Shown: positions 24,752 to 38,559, numbered from the stretch's first letter. The stretch is DNA of 64,000 nt from Camelus dromedarius (GCF_036321535.1 NC_087438.1:2172001-2236000); one strand, 5' to 3'. Numbers and translations: made by a program. Notes: generated by a model not told the origin, from the letters alone.

Positions 24752-26179
24752 AAGTACAGTCAGTTACAATGTCCATTTCTGGTGGGTTTGCTGCTTTCAT
24801 CCGCTGCTGTGTCCCCAGCATCCATGCCAATGTCTAACACATTGTACACATTCCATAAACACGTGTGGAATGAGTAACAGTGCAAATACTATTAAAGCAC
24901 CCTCATTTGTCTATGATTAAAGAATTCCTCAAATGATGTCCTAATTCACAAAGAGCCCATTTTTTCTAGGAGAAAGCTAGTTTTATCCTCTACAAATCTG
25001 AGGCCTCATTATTTGCTCAATAAAAACAATGCTTGCTTAATTTTGCCTTATGTTTCTGGTATCTTCTATAAAAGTGGTGGATACTATCCCTGAAATTATG
25101 TTTTATTTACAGAGGAAAAATAAAATACTTTACAAATGCATGCTCCTATGTCTTCAATTCCTATAACATGAATTTGCATTAAAATAGTTAAGTGTGTGTT
25201 AAAATGTTAGTGTGTTTATAACACTTCCCTAATGGTTGGACTTTATCTTTAGAACCCTCATTATTTTATACACAGAAGAGTGTTAGGAACCAACTTAGTT
25301 CAGACAGCGTAGCTGGTTAATATCTGGAATAATAGTACATGGTCCTCAGATTTGTAGGAATAAAATTGAAGGAATGGCCATGAAAACCTCTTTATGACTG
25401 TGCTGTACTCCAGCAAATTAATATTATGACCTTTTTTTTCTCAGTGCTATTTCTCTGTGTGTCTATGATATCACAAAAGTCTCTCGCTCTTTGCATGGAT
25501 CCAGTCTTCCCTAAACCAAGAAACTGTTACCAGATGACAGAAGCGTTTAAAGATAGCCCCCTAGAACGCACCTGATTAAATGAGAAGGATTTGCCTGTCT
25601 GCGGAGAACCCACAGCACAATGGCTGTCTGGGCCCACATGTGCTTTGTACGAACTGACTTATTATGCCTTGTGGGTCTTTAATGATGCTTGAGAAACATC
25701 AGTTACTTAGTTATCAGGGTTAACTTGTTGCAAACGTGCTGGTATTTTTTAGCACCTGTATGTAAGCGAGGAGATTCCGAGCTCTCGCGCATGAGGCGTC
25801 TGCGGCCCCCCTGCAGGAGGCCGGGCGCCTTCCTTCCTGCCTTGCACTGGCAGTCATCGTAATGGCGCACTTACTTTGCACTCGGCTTTTGAAACCATCA
25901 TTTTAGTAGAGTCATGAATTACCCACCAGTTTCTAGCTTCTGTGCAAGTAATTGAATATTTGGTTGTAGCTAAACAGGCAAACTTGGCCCCCAGGAAATT
26001 CAGACTCTAGTGAGAGATGGAGAACAAGCACACGAAGCAGGCGACCCAGGTGCGAAGGCGCCTTGTGACGAGCGCGAGGCTGAGACGCTCAGCCGGCACA
26101 GCGATGGCCGTGGGAGACAGGCCAGGGCCGCGGCCCCAGGGAACTACTCTGGGGCTGGGGCGCTGAGACAGGGAAGGAG

Positions 26180-26620
26180 TTTGCCTTGTCAAGAGGAGGG
26201 ACGGGGGTGGCGTGGGACATAGCAGGAGGAGGCTGTGGTGGGCTGGAGGGCACAGGGGTGTCACAGGGGAGACGAAGAGGTGAGCAGTGGTCCGCCTCCC
26301 AAGTTCTGTAGGTCACAGCAGGGAGACGGACTTAATTCAAAATGCAAAAGAGACATAAGTGTAGGGACATCATGGTCTGACACGTGTTTTTAAGTATGGG
26401 GAGGAGAGCGTTGGATTTGTTGTGAAAACACGACGTGTGGCTAAGAGGTTGTTACGTGATTTAAATAAGATGGTACCTTGATCTATGGCAGCGACAGCAG
26501 GACAGAGAGATGCAATGAATGTGGGTGGTGAGGAGGGGGAGGGCCAGCAGTTTCTGGCTTGAGTCCCTGGGGCAGTGGTGGTGCCACTTACTGGAAGAGC
26601 AGTAAAAATGGGCATCACCA
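26180..26620 (-). mobile_element. L2 LINE fragment
   Basis: 'ggctaagaggttgttac...agatggtaccttgatctatggcag...cagtttctggcttgagtccctgg...ggtggtgccacttactg' resembles L2. Confidence 0.45.
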
Positions 26621-27094
26621 CCGTGGCTCCATCCCAATCACGGTTAGATCAACGAACGTTGAGTTTTATCTTGAATTATGAAGACCTGTGGGTCATGGTG
26701 CAAGCATGGTTTGTCTTTGCATTATAATTTAATAGAAATATTTATACCAAACTTAGCAATTTGAATAAGCGACTATATCCAAATATGTTTAAATGTGCCA
26801 CCAAAATGAGTCATTTGTTTAGACACTATCCACGTACTATGGGTGATCAGAAGATAGCAACGTATCTTTCTTCATAGGATCAAGCGTGCAGAGAGTTAGA
26901 GCTTCTGTTTCTAGACAGAAGGCAATTTATGAAATTAAATGAATTAATTCATATCACTACAATAGTTCCAGGTTCTCTATAACAGTCTCAATTATTTCAA
27001 GCTTCTGATAGAATTAGTTTTACAGTTTCCCAATAACAATAGGACAATGGAAATGCATATTGTTCATGTCTGTCTGTCTTTCTTTCTTTCTAAA

Positions 27095-27530
27095 TTTTTT
27101 CTTGAAGTGTAGTTGATTTACAACGTTAGCTTCAGGTGTACAGCAAAGTGATTCACTTATACATACACATACATATATATTTTTTCTTTTCAGATTCTTT
27201 TCCATTGTATGTTATTACAAGAAATTGAACATAGTTCCCTGTGCTCTACAGTAGGTCCTTGTTGTTTACCTATTTTATGTACAGTAGTGTGTGTCTGTTA
27301 ATCCCCATCCCCTAAATTATCCCTCCCCACCCTTTTCCCCTTTGGTAACCATGGTTTCTTTTCTATGTCCAGGAGTCTATATCTGGTTTGCAATAGAATT
27401 TCTATCCTTTTTTTTTTAGATTCCACATACACGTGATCTCATATGATATTTGTCTCTGTCTGACTTGCTCACTGCGTGTGATCATCTCTAGGTCCGTCCA
27501 TGTTGCTGCCAGTGGCTGCATGTTGCTCTT
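27095..27530 (-). mobile_element. 5'-truncated artiodactyl/camelid-type L1 3' UTR
   Basis: 'ttgaagtgtagttgatttacaa...caggtgtacagcaaagtgattca...cccctttggtaaccat...ttagattccacat...ctctaggtccgtccatgttgctgc'. Confidence 0.85.
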
Positions 27531-29790
27531 TTGAGGGAGTTCACGGCTGCTAAACCCCACATTCCCAGTGGTCACTTATTTTGGCCTCCTGTGTGCCAAG
27601 CACTGCATGGACCACAGAGTTGAAGGGCATTATGCCCCCTGTATCCACGATGAAGCAAGATCTAGAGAGGCAGACATTTCACTTCCTTCCGAGTGTGTAA
27701 TCGTTGGTCACCAGCACAAATCACATCAGGATTCTAAGTGATGCAAAACTGAGGCTCAAGACTTACCTCGAAGTCCCCACAAGACCTCCAGGAAAACTGT
27801 CTGAGGTTTTGACTGTTTACTCACCACAGGGCAGCGCTGGGTTGAAGACACCTAGGCGTAAAGCCCCAAGAGCTGCAATCTACCTGAAGGCTGCATGTTC
27901 TAAACAGACAGATTTATACCCATCTGTGTGTAAACGCATTATAACTACATGCACAAGTTATACATAAACTTCTAAGGATGTAAACACTGATAACTGTCAA
28001 CAAATTAAAACCAATTTAAATCTCTTAAACAAAGCATCCTTAAGATATCGAAGGGCATAAGAATTACTCTGTGGACTCGCATTCAGTCCAGATTCAGAAC
28101 TTCTGGGTCCTAGCCCTGGAGATCGCACGCACCAGCCCTGGGGCAGGGCCCAGGCGTCAGAGCCTTGTTCATTATGTGAATCTGCTCCCAGCTACCCCGC
28201 CAACCACTTTGATAAACAGGACTCTGTGATGCAGGCTCGTGTTTTTCTTTGCTAAAAAATTTGCTCTAGAATCAGCTTTAAAAAATTAACAGACTGGATC
28301 AAGAAATTCCAAAATGACTGTGTTTCCCCTAAATGTTCCGAGATTCCCAATTTCAAGACGGAAGCCAATTTGTAACTGCTAGTATAAGAATCTGAAGGAG
28401 GCACCGTCTCGCAGCGTGTCCTGGAACCTGCCAGCTGCAGGTGGGGACCGCTCGGGGTTCCAGGGCAGCTGCACTGTGCACTGAGCACCGGTTCCCAGCC
28501 TAAGGCTTGAATTAGCACTGCACTGTCTTGGAGCAGAGAGCCATGCCCGTTCTCCGTGAGGGACGTGCTGGTAGCCGAGTCGGAGGGAAGCAGACCCCGC
28601 CCAGCCCCGCTCAGAGGGCTGTGTGGTCAGGGACCTTTCATCTTGCTTCTCTGTTCAGGCAAGCTGGGCATTCTGTGGTCATCTGTGAGACACACACTAA
28701 AATGGACTTAGGAAAGATCAGTGGCGTGCAGGTCCTGGGAAGCCGCCAGACCGCCCTTCACCGCGTCCGTCCTGCTCACCCGCTCCAACTCCATCTTCCT
28801 GCAGAGCCCGCCCATCAAGAGGTACACTTCCCTCAGCCGGACACAAGCTAAGTTGTTCCCCTTTCTCTGGGGAAAGCGCGAGGTCTGCCTTGCTTTGACA
28901 CGACCGGCGGAGGCCACTGCTGTGGTGTGTCCCATGAGGACAGCTTGCCGCCAGGTGTTTTGTGTTCCCTGCACCCAGGCAGGAAAGCAGCGCACCCTAG
29001 TTGTGAATGCCTAAGCTCAGGACTTGCGGGCTCCTTGCTGCGGGGAGTGAGCACAGAGCGAGGGTCCAGCGCCGGGCACTGACCCCGCCCCATCCGCTTC
29101 CCCTCGGAGGGGGTCACGGTCAGCGGCGCGGGACAGACGCTCTTACGGCAGAAGCCGAAAGATTTAGACTTTACGTCCGGTAAATACTTAATGAATGAAC
29201 AAATAAACATTTTTAAGCTACATAAATATCACGCCACGACCTCTTCATTATTTCATACCAGTGATTCAAGATGAAGTATTTGACATTTGTCCAAATAATT
29301 TCAAAGCATTGCCTTTTTTAAAAAATAAAACATGGAAGTGTTTATGCTGATTCTGAAGATGAACATCAATCTATTTCTCAGCACTCCAGGAGAAAGAACA
29401 TGAAATGACCACAGCTGGGTCACTCACAAATGTGGGCGATACTTAATTTTCTTCGAGCTTTCACTAAATATTCAATAAATAAAAGCTTACTCTATGTTTT
29501 TTTTTTTTTTTTAATGAAATAAGAGTCACAGGAAATCTTACCAAACAAGAACTTGTTGCTTGAACTTGAGTCCAGCTCCTAATAGCCGTTCACACAATCC
29601 CAAAATGTTTTCCCACCCACCTCCCTCTCTGGGGACGGGAAGAGGGGGAGACGGCCCTTTTTGGTGGAGAGGGTGCCAGGAGGGGAGGTCTCGTGGCAAC
29701 GCCAGGATAGCCGGTCTACCGCGAGGCCGACAAAGCGCCACGCAGACAGCCCTTCAGTGCTGCGCTCGGCACACTGATATGTTTGCTAAA

Positions 29791-29851
29791 CTGATCAATA
29801 AGAAGATTGATAAGTCCTCCACTTGGTCAAGTTAATCTTCTTATTGATCAG
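29791..29851. repeat. Perfect 18-bp inverted repeat (hairpin) with 25-nt spacer
   Basis: ctgatcaataagaagatt (29791-29808) is the exact reverse complement of aatcttcttattgatcag (29834-29851). Confidence 0.95.
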
Positions 29852-32389
29852 CCCAGCCAACGCACTGCTTTTCCTGGGCAGCCTTCCTCCACCGCTTCTG
29901 CCCCCACCTGGCCGCCCTGGTTGTCTGGTGCCATCAGGAGGAGAAATAGGGCGACATTTTCCACACTAAACGCTTCCATTACATCAGGACCATCTTTGCC
30001 AGCAACAAATATCTCCTCGAGCGGAGGATTTATAACTGGTAGGCGCCTGACTGATCTTTCTGTGGGTGTTAGACGGTTGATAATGATCTGGGCTCTTCCT
30101 CACTCGCAGAGTTTAAATTAATAAGAGTCACAAAGGGAAGGTGGCAAGTGCCTCTCCAATTATAGTGACCGGAGCAAAGACCTTAACAAGTAAGACTACA
30201 AACAAAGCTAAAATGAGGTGTACACCCAATCTACTCTTGTCCCTTCTTTATCTTATTAAAGAAGGATTGAAGGTAGCGCATATGGATAGCGATCTTCTCG
30301 GACGGAAGGAGCCAGCCCCGGGTGGAGAGGGGAAGAAAGCTTATCCCAGGAGCACAATCCGAGTCAGGGGCCAGCTTTCCCTCCAGCACGCACACTCCCG
30401 CCAGGCAACATGGGACAAGTCACTCGCCTCACATAATATTGGCAATTCCCTCGGTGACCCAGGGCAATCACAGGGACCCGGGCCCCCTGGATGTTTTGAG
30501 AACAAGTGACAGCAGGCTTCCAAAAGTCTCCACGGACAAGAAAAGCTGATGCTGGAAACAGAGGACACTGCTGTCAGGTGAAGAAGGGCATTCGGTGCCC
30601 AGGTATGTCAGAGCTCGGACACAGCGGGTCACCTGCGGGCCCCCTGCTGGCCCCCTGCTGGCCCCAGGCATGATAGGTGTGGGCAGCCAGTGGTTCTGAG
30701 GTCTCTGAGGAATCTCCAGGAAGTGATCAGGATACAGCCTTTGTGGAGGAGTCTTAAAGGCTTTGAAAAGCGTGTGGAATGTGTTGTTTCCACGCACGGC
30801 CAGGGAGCAGCCAGAGAGGCATGAGACTGGCCGCCAGCCACGGCCCAGCCGGAGGAGGGAGACCAATGACGTGTGTGAGTCAACAGCCCCCTGGAGGGGA
30901 AAGCAGGACTTCTGGGAAGTGGACCACATACTGAGGAAAACGATTGTGATCCCATGTAAAGAAGGCTGTTCTTTAGAAGGGAATCGGGGTCTGCTCCACA
31001 GGGGAGATCACAGAAGGCGCCGTCCAGAGCATCGGCTGCTCAGACAAGGGGAGGCTGAGCCGTCAGGCTGGGAGGGGGTCCAGAGCTGATGGAGAAGGGA
31101 GTGCACGTTCCTGGTAAGTGACCTTCAACAGTTGCTTCTGGGGCAGCAGGTGCACACGTACCCCTTCCTGGGCGTGCGCACCTGCCTCCGGTCCAGGACA
31201 TACTAGTGGGATAGCTGGGAAAGGAGCCCCATCACCACCGCCAGGGTTTGCCCCTCGGAGTGAACGCCTGGGACACCAGGAGGGCGGGCCAGCTCCCACC
31301 CCGCTCTGGGTGAGACCCTGCAGGGCAGGGCGCCAGCTCAGCACGGAATTCCACGGACCTAAACCCTTCGGGAAAACGCTCAGTCAGCAAATGAGAGTTC
31401 CTTTGACCTTACCTCCTCCACGAAGCTCTCCTGACCCCTCCACCCCCGACTCCCCTTCAGTCGGGTAAGCTCCCTCCCGTCGCACCCCCACCCCCAGCAG
31501 GCCGGCTTTGTCTCCCGTGGCCCCCGAGAGGCAGGCGCCCTGAGCTACACGCCAAGGCTGCTTAGCAGGCCCGGAGCATCTTGACAACAGGCGCTGTGTC
31601 CCTCCAATCTTTGCACCCCTTTAACTTTTCACAGGACACAGATTTTTGCTGAATGATACTCAAATATAGAAAAGCCAGGTTCAGCTCAAAAAGGTCTCCC
31701 TTTTTCACAACCCCTGGGTGGCCATCTTGAGTTCAGCTTTCTCGATTTGCTTTTCGGGGGTTGAATACTGACATCAGACGCTGACGGCTGCTGTGGCCCA
31801 GCCGCCTTCCCTGTTTGCGCCAGCACACGTTCCTGACTTGGTCATGATGACACACCTGGTGAGGAAGGCCACCATCCCCTGATGCCAACAGGGACAAATG
31901 CACCCGAGTGTGGTCTTGCTCAGGGCTCGGGACACTGCAGGAGCTCGGGTCCTGCACCGCGACCCATGTGCGGAACTGAGGGGAACCCAGACAAGTCCCT
32001 TGGGACTGCAGCTCCAGGTCAGAGTCACAGCGTGGGGAAACAAAACCAGCACCTCCCTAACAGGAAGGTCCCAGAACAGCTCAGCTGTGGCGCAGGCCCC
32101 ATCTCCGGCGGGTGGGACTCCACCCTGGGGCTTATACCCAAACAGGGAGTCCGGGTGCGAGAGCCTTGCTCCGCCCTGACCGCGAAATTAGCATTCCAAA
32201 GTGGGAGGAGCGAACCCGGGGCATTTGATTAAGCTGAGATGTTCACTCTGGGTTGTTCTTTCTAAGCCATGAACACGCACACATTTCTTTAAGCAGGAAA
32301 AAGGCTTCGCGCTATCAGTTAGGTTGGAGGCCAAAAGCAGAAGCTTAGGGACAGAGCCGCTGGGACCGCCACTTGCAGATGGAAGGCCT

Positions 32390-32760
32390 GGGCTGCTCCG
32401 GGGCCTCGCCGCAGACTGAGCTCCGCCAGCTTCGAAGTCCAGGTAACTTCATTCCACGTTGCTCAGCCCGGATGCGCAATGATCTCTTTCTCACCGCGGG
32501 ATCTGAGCAAGGACGGCTCTGAGAACAAGCTCCTTCCTCCCGTATCAGATGAAAGGAAAGGCAGACTCAAGGAGCAGGAGACGGAAGGCACTGCGAGCGC
32601 CCCCGTGGGATCGGCGATGCCCCGCGACATCCGCGGCCAGGCTGCCGCGAGGGGCTGCAGACCGGCCGGAGCCAGCCGAGCGCCCTCCTGCGCCCGCGGC
32701 CACGGACGCCTGGGGAGGCGCCTGCTTCCGGGCGACGGGGCGAGCAGAGCGAGTTGTTTA
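32390..32760. promoter_or_regulatory. CpG-rich patch (small CpG-island-like segment)
   Basis: Dense CpG, e.g. 'cccgcgacatccgcggccaggctgccgcga' and 'gcgcccgcggccacggacgcc'; no recognisable repeat. Confidence 0.5.
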
Positions 32761-33368
32761 AAACCAGTTCTGGCCGTAGATCCCTGATTTCTTTGCAACT
32801 ATCTTTGGGTGACAGGTGGGTACCTATATCCCTTTTATTTCTGCAAGTTAAGTGAGGTTTCTGCACTTTTCGCTGAAAAGAAAACTGCCCTCCTCTCGGC
32901 ACCCAGGGAAATCTTTCTGCACAACATTTACAACCGGGAGCTGGAGGGTTAGTCCTTTTTACTTGTCTTTTGTGAAATATCAGTACTTTCTTCTGAATCT
33001 GAGATATCCCTGGTGGACCAAAAGTGAAAAAAAAATTAAAAAGGAAGGGAAAAAAAGAACCCTCTCTCTACTGTCAGGAGAAAAAGAATTCTAAATCTTT
33101 CCAGGGCAAATGTTGGATGTGATCCTCTTATTTCACCTTTGGATAAATTCCCACTTCAAGCAAAACTACTTTCCTTTGAAACTGCCGTTATGCAGACACA
33201 GACCAAAATCACTTAAAAGGAATGTTTTGCATCAGAATAATGTGATGTATTTAATGTATTCTGACAGTCGTCAACACGCCGGGCTCCGTATCTCTTTCAT
33301 TTCTGTGTGTTCTTCTTTCCGTGTGTCGCCATTGGACACTTGTCCTTAATTAGCACCTACACTTAGAT

Positions 33369-33555
33369 CAGTGGGTCTCCAGCAGGGATGGCTTTGCCAC
33401 CCCATGGGGACATGTGGCAATGTCTGGAGGCACTGAGTTTGTCCCACTGGGGAGAAGGAGAAAGAGACCAGGGATGCTGCTAAACATCCCACAATGCACA
33501 GGGCAGTCCCCCCCAAACAATGGGTAAGCTCCCGCCCCAAATGCCAGTGGTGCCA
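33369..33555. mobile_element. MER20 hAT-Charlie DNA transposon relic
   Basis: 'cagtgggtctcca...ggggacatgtggcaatgtctggag...ccagggatgctgctaaacatcccacaatgcacagggcagtcccc...ccaaatgccagtggtgcc'. Confidence 0.8.
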
Positions 33556-36500
33556 AAGAGGAGCAGCCCCGCCTTCAGTCACCATGGCCCGGGCCAGAGA
33601 GCTTCCCAAAACATTCCATCTGATACGATTTACAGTGTCCAGGTTCATGCTTGTAACTTTGAATTATGTGATCACTGCTCTGCTTGTGTCTGCATAGCAC
33701 ATACTGTATTTACTAATTTGTTCATCCAAATGACAGCTTCCCAGTGGCCACTCTTTGTGAGCAGGGCTCCTGAGAGCCACCCATAGATGGGCAAGACAAG
33801 GACATACAACCGCCACTAAGCTAATAGATGCTCTATTGGACAATCCTGGGAGAGGGGACCACAGTAGTAGCCTGAAGAATTTCCACAGGAAGTTCTACAT
33901 TAAAAGTAGGTAGGGACAGGGTGACTAAACTTGGAAACCAAGGGCTGCAAACTCTGGCACACAGGTAGACATGACAGAAGGCTATTACCAAATCCTTCTC
34001 CAGAACAAAGACAACGGGAAACGGAGTTGGGCAAGGCTGCTGCTGAGAAGGACAAAAGAAGAGGCATTGCATCATGAATGGTCCAAACATAAAAAGATTG
34101 GTTAGAAAAAAATTATGAAATGATACTAAAAAACGGAAAACATGCCCAAGAGGAGTTTGAATTCTTGGTAAGGTTAATGCTCTATGAAAAAAAAAAAAAG
34201 CATAACTTAATTATATTTTGCTTTCTAGTCTAGAGCAAGTGTTACAAAAAAACAGACTTCAGCTCATGTGATCTAAATATGTAAAGCACCCCCACAAAAA
34301 AAGAGGTAAATCAGAGACTAACAGAGGAATCTATGATCTACATGATTATGTAGCTGGATCTATTCTATTACAGAGAAATGAGATGAACACAAGGCTGGCA
34401 AGTTCATACACGACATAAGCAAGCAAATTCCATTCCTTACTCACCACACAGAGTTTCCCAAGCACTGTGACCATCACGTACTTGAGGTGCAAGTTCATAG
34501 CGGTTAACACCTGACGGTTCACTTCCTGTTTCTTCTCCAGATCAATAACAAAGACAAAATTGAAAAGATGAGAAAACACCTGTTAATCAGTGCCTTTTGT
34601 CATCCTGTCATGGGAGCCGTACACTGTGATGTTCTTTATCTTTGTTCTGCTGCTTTCCTAAGAAAGACCACTCAGGACTCTCCAGACGAAGCTTGAAGAG
34701 GTTTGGAAGGATTCTGCTTCTGACACGTGGTGATTGAGTCTCTTGTGCGTGTTCTCAGCACTGAAAAGGAAAAACATGAATATTGGCTGTGTTTTCAGAG
34801 TGAAAAGAGCAAATGTAAGTCTGTATGATGGCTGAGTCATGCGGTGGGAGGCGTCCTGGGACAGTGCGGAGACGCTCTTTGAGAAGGGATGATATGGTGG
34901 GACCAGTGGTGAGAACTGATGTGGGCAGTGACGGGAGAACAGGTGTTCCAGCCTGGCGTGGAGAAAACATGCAAAATATTGAAGGGAAAAGAGCTCATAA
35001 ATGCTGGTCTTGCATGATTGAAGCACTGGGTACTTGGGCACAAATAATAAGGAGGTGTGTTTGCAGTCATCTGGGGTCTTAAAATGAAATACTTTGCACC
35101 CTAAGCTAAAAAGGGCACCACCTGTTCCGTCACAGTTCAGGCGGGAAGCGTGCATCCTCCCCTGCCCCCAGCGCTGTGGACCTGTTGAGTCGGGAGCCTC
35201 CCTCTGAGTTCCAGCATGACCTTCTGCTTACTTGAACTCGACCGTGGTCCTTGTGTCTGTCCTCGCTAAAGTACGAGATTGTTGCGACCGGGAACATTGC
35301 CTCAGTCCTTTTGGCTTCCCCAGAAGCAAGGCTTGGGGAATGAGTTAAGGCTCCTTTCATTTAACAAGGTCCCTTTGCCTACTGCTCACCCCTAGTTCCC
35401 TCCACACATCCAGGTGTCCACAGGCAAAGAGCTTCATGGGCTCATGACATAGCTAGTATTTCTGCCACATCCATAGCAACTCAAGTAGTTGCCTCATGAA
35501 GCCATGGACTATTTCGACCCACAGAAACATTTATCCAAACAGAATATAAGTGGACACCCAATACACGGAACAAAAATGCGGCCGCTTTGGTCATCAGGTG
35601 GGAGGAGGCTCTCAAATTCTCAGACATCCTCTGGGCCACCTCCGAGGAAACTCAGGGCTCCGCAAACCACGGATTAAACCCCCCTCATTGAGACTATCTT
35701 ACCTTACAAGTGAGAAAACAGGGCTCGCTCTATGTCTACAAAGTCCTCTACACGTCCAAGTCTCTGAGCAATTCTCTGGCCAGACCGAGGCAAACGTGCA
35801 TCTTCTAAACACATACGAAAAAATTCTTCAGTTAGTTTCATCCATAGACAATTGATGGGATGGGAAAGGATGTGACTCCTAGAACTTTTCATCTGTTAGC
35901 GACTTGGCTGCCGCACAGCGCGTGTGGTGTCAGGCTGACTGGCACCAAGTAATAAACAGCATCACGGAAATAACGCAACCGTAATAGGTGAGATTGGAGT
36001 CACACCAAGAGGCTTAGAAAAGGAAGACTTTGGTAATTACAACCCTATCTATAAATAAAATGGACAAAGTAGAGAAGCAATTTCTAATTTATGATGGTGT
36101 TATGATTTATACATAAAGTCCTGAGCAATAAATCCAAGGAAATTATATAAACTATGAAGTCTTGCTCATAATACAGTGTTAGTTTTACATTAAAATGTTG
36201 TATAAAAATAAACTGTGTAACTTTCCAGGGGGAGAAAAGGAAACAATAGCTAAAGCGTGGCAGGGGTCTTTGTGAGTTCTACACACCTCACGAGGTATTG
36301 AGAAGTCCTGCTTGTGCAAATGAAGCATGATTACAACAGCATCCTTTTAACCATTCCAGTTAAATAAAATTGGAATTATGACTTGTGCCCCAGAGAAGCC
36401 AAACGCAAACACCTTGGTCAACGTCAAGGGCCGGCGGGCTTCCCAGGTCGCCCCTAGGGTACAGGGCTGGAGCTTAGAAGGTGATGAGGGGCCTTGAGCT

Positions 36501-38559
36501 CCTGCTGGTAAATTTATTCCAGGAACACACTGGAGTGCTTGGGTGGTTAGGATCATACCAGATAGGAGTCAGCAAGGTCACAACCAACCCGACAAGAGTA
36601 CCCACTAGGGATGAAGAGATAAGAGCTATTACAGGGTGAGAAGAGACAGGGCTTGGCTCGTACCTGCCATGATCTAAGAAATGGAATTTAGACGGCATAC
36701 TATGGCCCAAATAAAGATGGCCAGTGTCCCAAGCCTCCTCGGAACCACAAATCCATTTGTGAACCTCCAGGTAGGACCATATTGCCTTACTCAAGACTGT
36801 GGTTCAAAATGTGACGTATGCGGGCAGCTCTCAGCCTGCAGACCTCTCCTTTCCCCGCATCCAGCTGTGTCTGCCTGTCGACCAAGCACCTCTCACTGGG
36901 TCTCCTCCATCTCTAACGTGGCACCTCCAACACAGCAGCCCTCCCCTCACTTCACCGAGAGAAGCCGTGTTCCTGAACTCCTATTTCTCCCAACGCTTCA
37001 TCATCCTCCCCATCACACACATCATTCTCATTGCCTCTTCTCACTGGTGAAATCTCATCTCTCAAACCAATTAACTTGTCAAGTTTTTCAAAACATCTGT
37101 GCCACAAGCTGAAGTTCAGGTGCTTCTCACCTGGAAGCCTGAGTGCCTGCTCGCTGATCCCACCAATTGCACTGTCTCCCACCAAAATCCATCTAAAGCA
37201 CATCCCGTCGGGCCATGACTTACATGCAATTAACAAGTGCAAACTCTGCAAAGTTCCCTGGGAGCTGAAAGTGAGCTGTCTGCTTACTGCAGATAGGAAC
37301 TTTTTAGACACTCTGGTTCTACTACTAAACCACTACTTCATGTTGTGCTCAATTACAGAAATCTGTCACAGCACTGGCCACGCTGGACATTCTAAGAGCA
37401 TTTCTGTATGTTGCACTTCACTGGAGAATAAAAAGCTCTTCAAAGGATGATTTTGATAGTGCACAGTTTTATCTGACACACTGAATTTAGAACCTGCGTT
37501 ACCCTTGTAAATGGAGACTGCACTGTGATCTTAGTAAGCACACACCTGAGTGTGGTTTTCTGCCTCAGAGCATCCAAACCTGCCAACAGAGAACTACTCG
37601 CTCCTCTCTTTGGCCACCGAGACCTTTTCCGGAAGGACAACACCTGCCTCTTCGAAGCATTCATTGCCCTCTCCTCCTCTTCTGAACCTTTGATCACATG
37701 ATTCTGTGACTTCGCTCTCTCGGCACCCCCTGTCCAGAACGCACTCTCCCCTAGTCAGTCCTTACACGTTTAACTCATCGGTCTCACATCTCCCATAACC
37801 GCCAAGCCTGTTTTCCCTCTTCTTTTATTGGAACACTTGTAGGAGTCGGAATTTCTCCCAAGCGTCTTGGCTCTGCTTCTGTTAGGAGCATTTCTGTTCA
37901 ACATTCACACCTTCGTGAGCTAAAACCAGCCTAGGAAGGGAATGGCAAGGTGAATGGATGCTGGGGTGGGGGGTGGGGGAAGGACAGACTGAGCAGGTGT
38001 TAACCACAGAAGCTGGGATGAGGGCAGTTGGAGGAAGCACTGAGGGAAGACACCCGGGAAGGGGGACCAGTCATGGAATCTAAAAGAAGCACAAGACACA
38101 GAAACAGGGAATGGCCAATAAGGTCCAGTGCTGGCTGAGCCAGAAGTGGGGGAGAGAGCCAGGAGGAAGGAAGAAGAGGGGGCAGAAGAAGGTCTTCTGA
38201 GACCATTTCTTAGGGCCAGACACAAGGTTTCTTATTTGCTTCTGACACTGCAAAACATGAATGGATTCCCCTGCTTTACAGGCACAATCAAAGTGGGAAA
38301 GTCTTCTTTTTTTTCTTACTGTTTCAATAGACTGTAAGCTTCCCAAGGGTGGAAACTTGAATTATCCAGGGGTATAAATGGATACCTCACTAACACTGCT
38401 ATTTTGTGAGAATTAAGAGCTAAACTCCACTTTGTTGAATAAATGTCACATCTGGTGAGGACACAGCTGTGTATTGTGTACCTTTCTTTTTCCTACTGAC
38501 TTGGGCCAATAAGAATTACCTGATTTTTCTGGGTGGATTGTAGTAGGTCATAAAAGCTA

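Noticed and set aside
28700..28860. Coding-looking GC-rich segment (PPFTASVLLTRSNSIFLQSPPIKRY on +; LCRKMELERVSR on -)
   Set aside because: No protein family recognised and splice signals are weak or ambiguous; needs a BLASTX to be revisited
30641..30665. Short tandem duplication (cccctgctggc x2); similar ones near 10695 and 63255
   Set aside because: Ordinary slippage duplications; no array or spacer structure, so not CRISPR-like
34630..34820. Acceptor-like pyrimidine tract + AG and downstream GTAAGT donor
   Set aside because: All three + strand frames contain stops; such signals are common by chance
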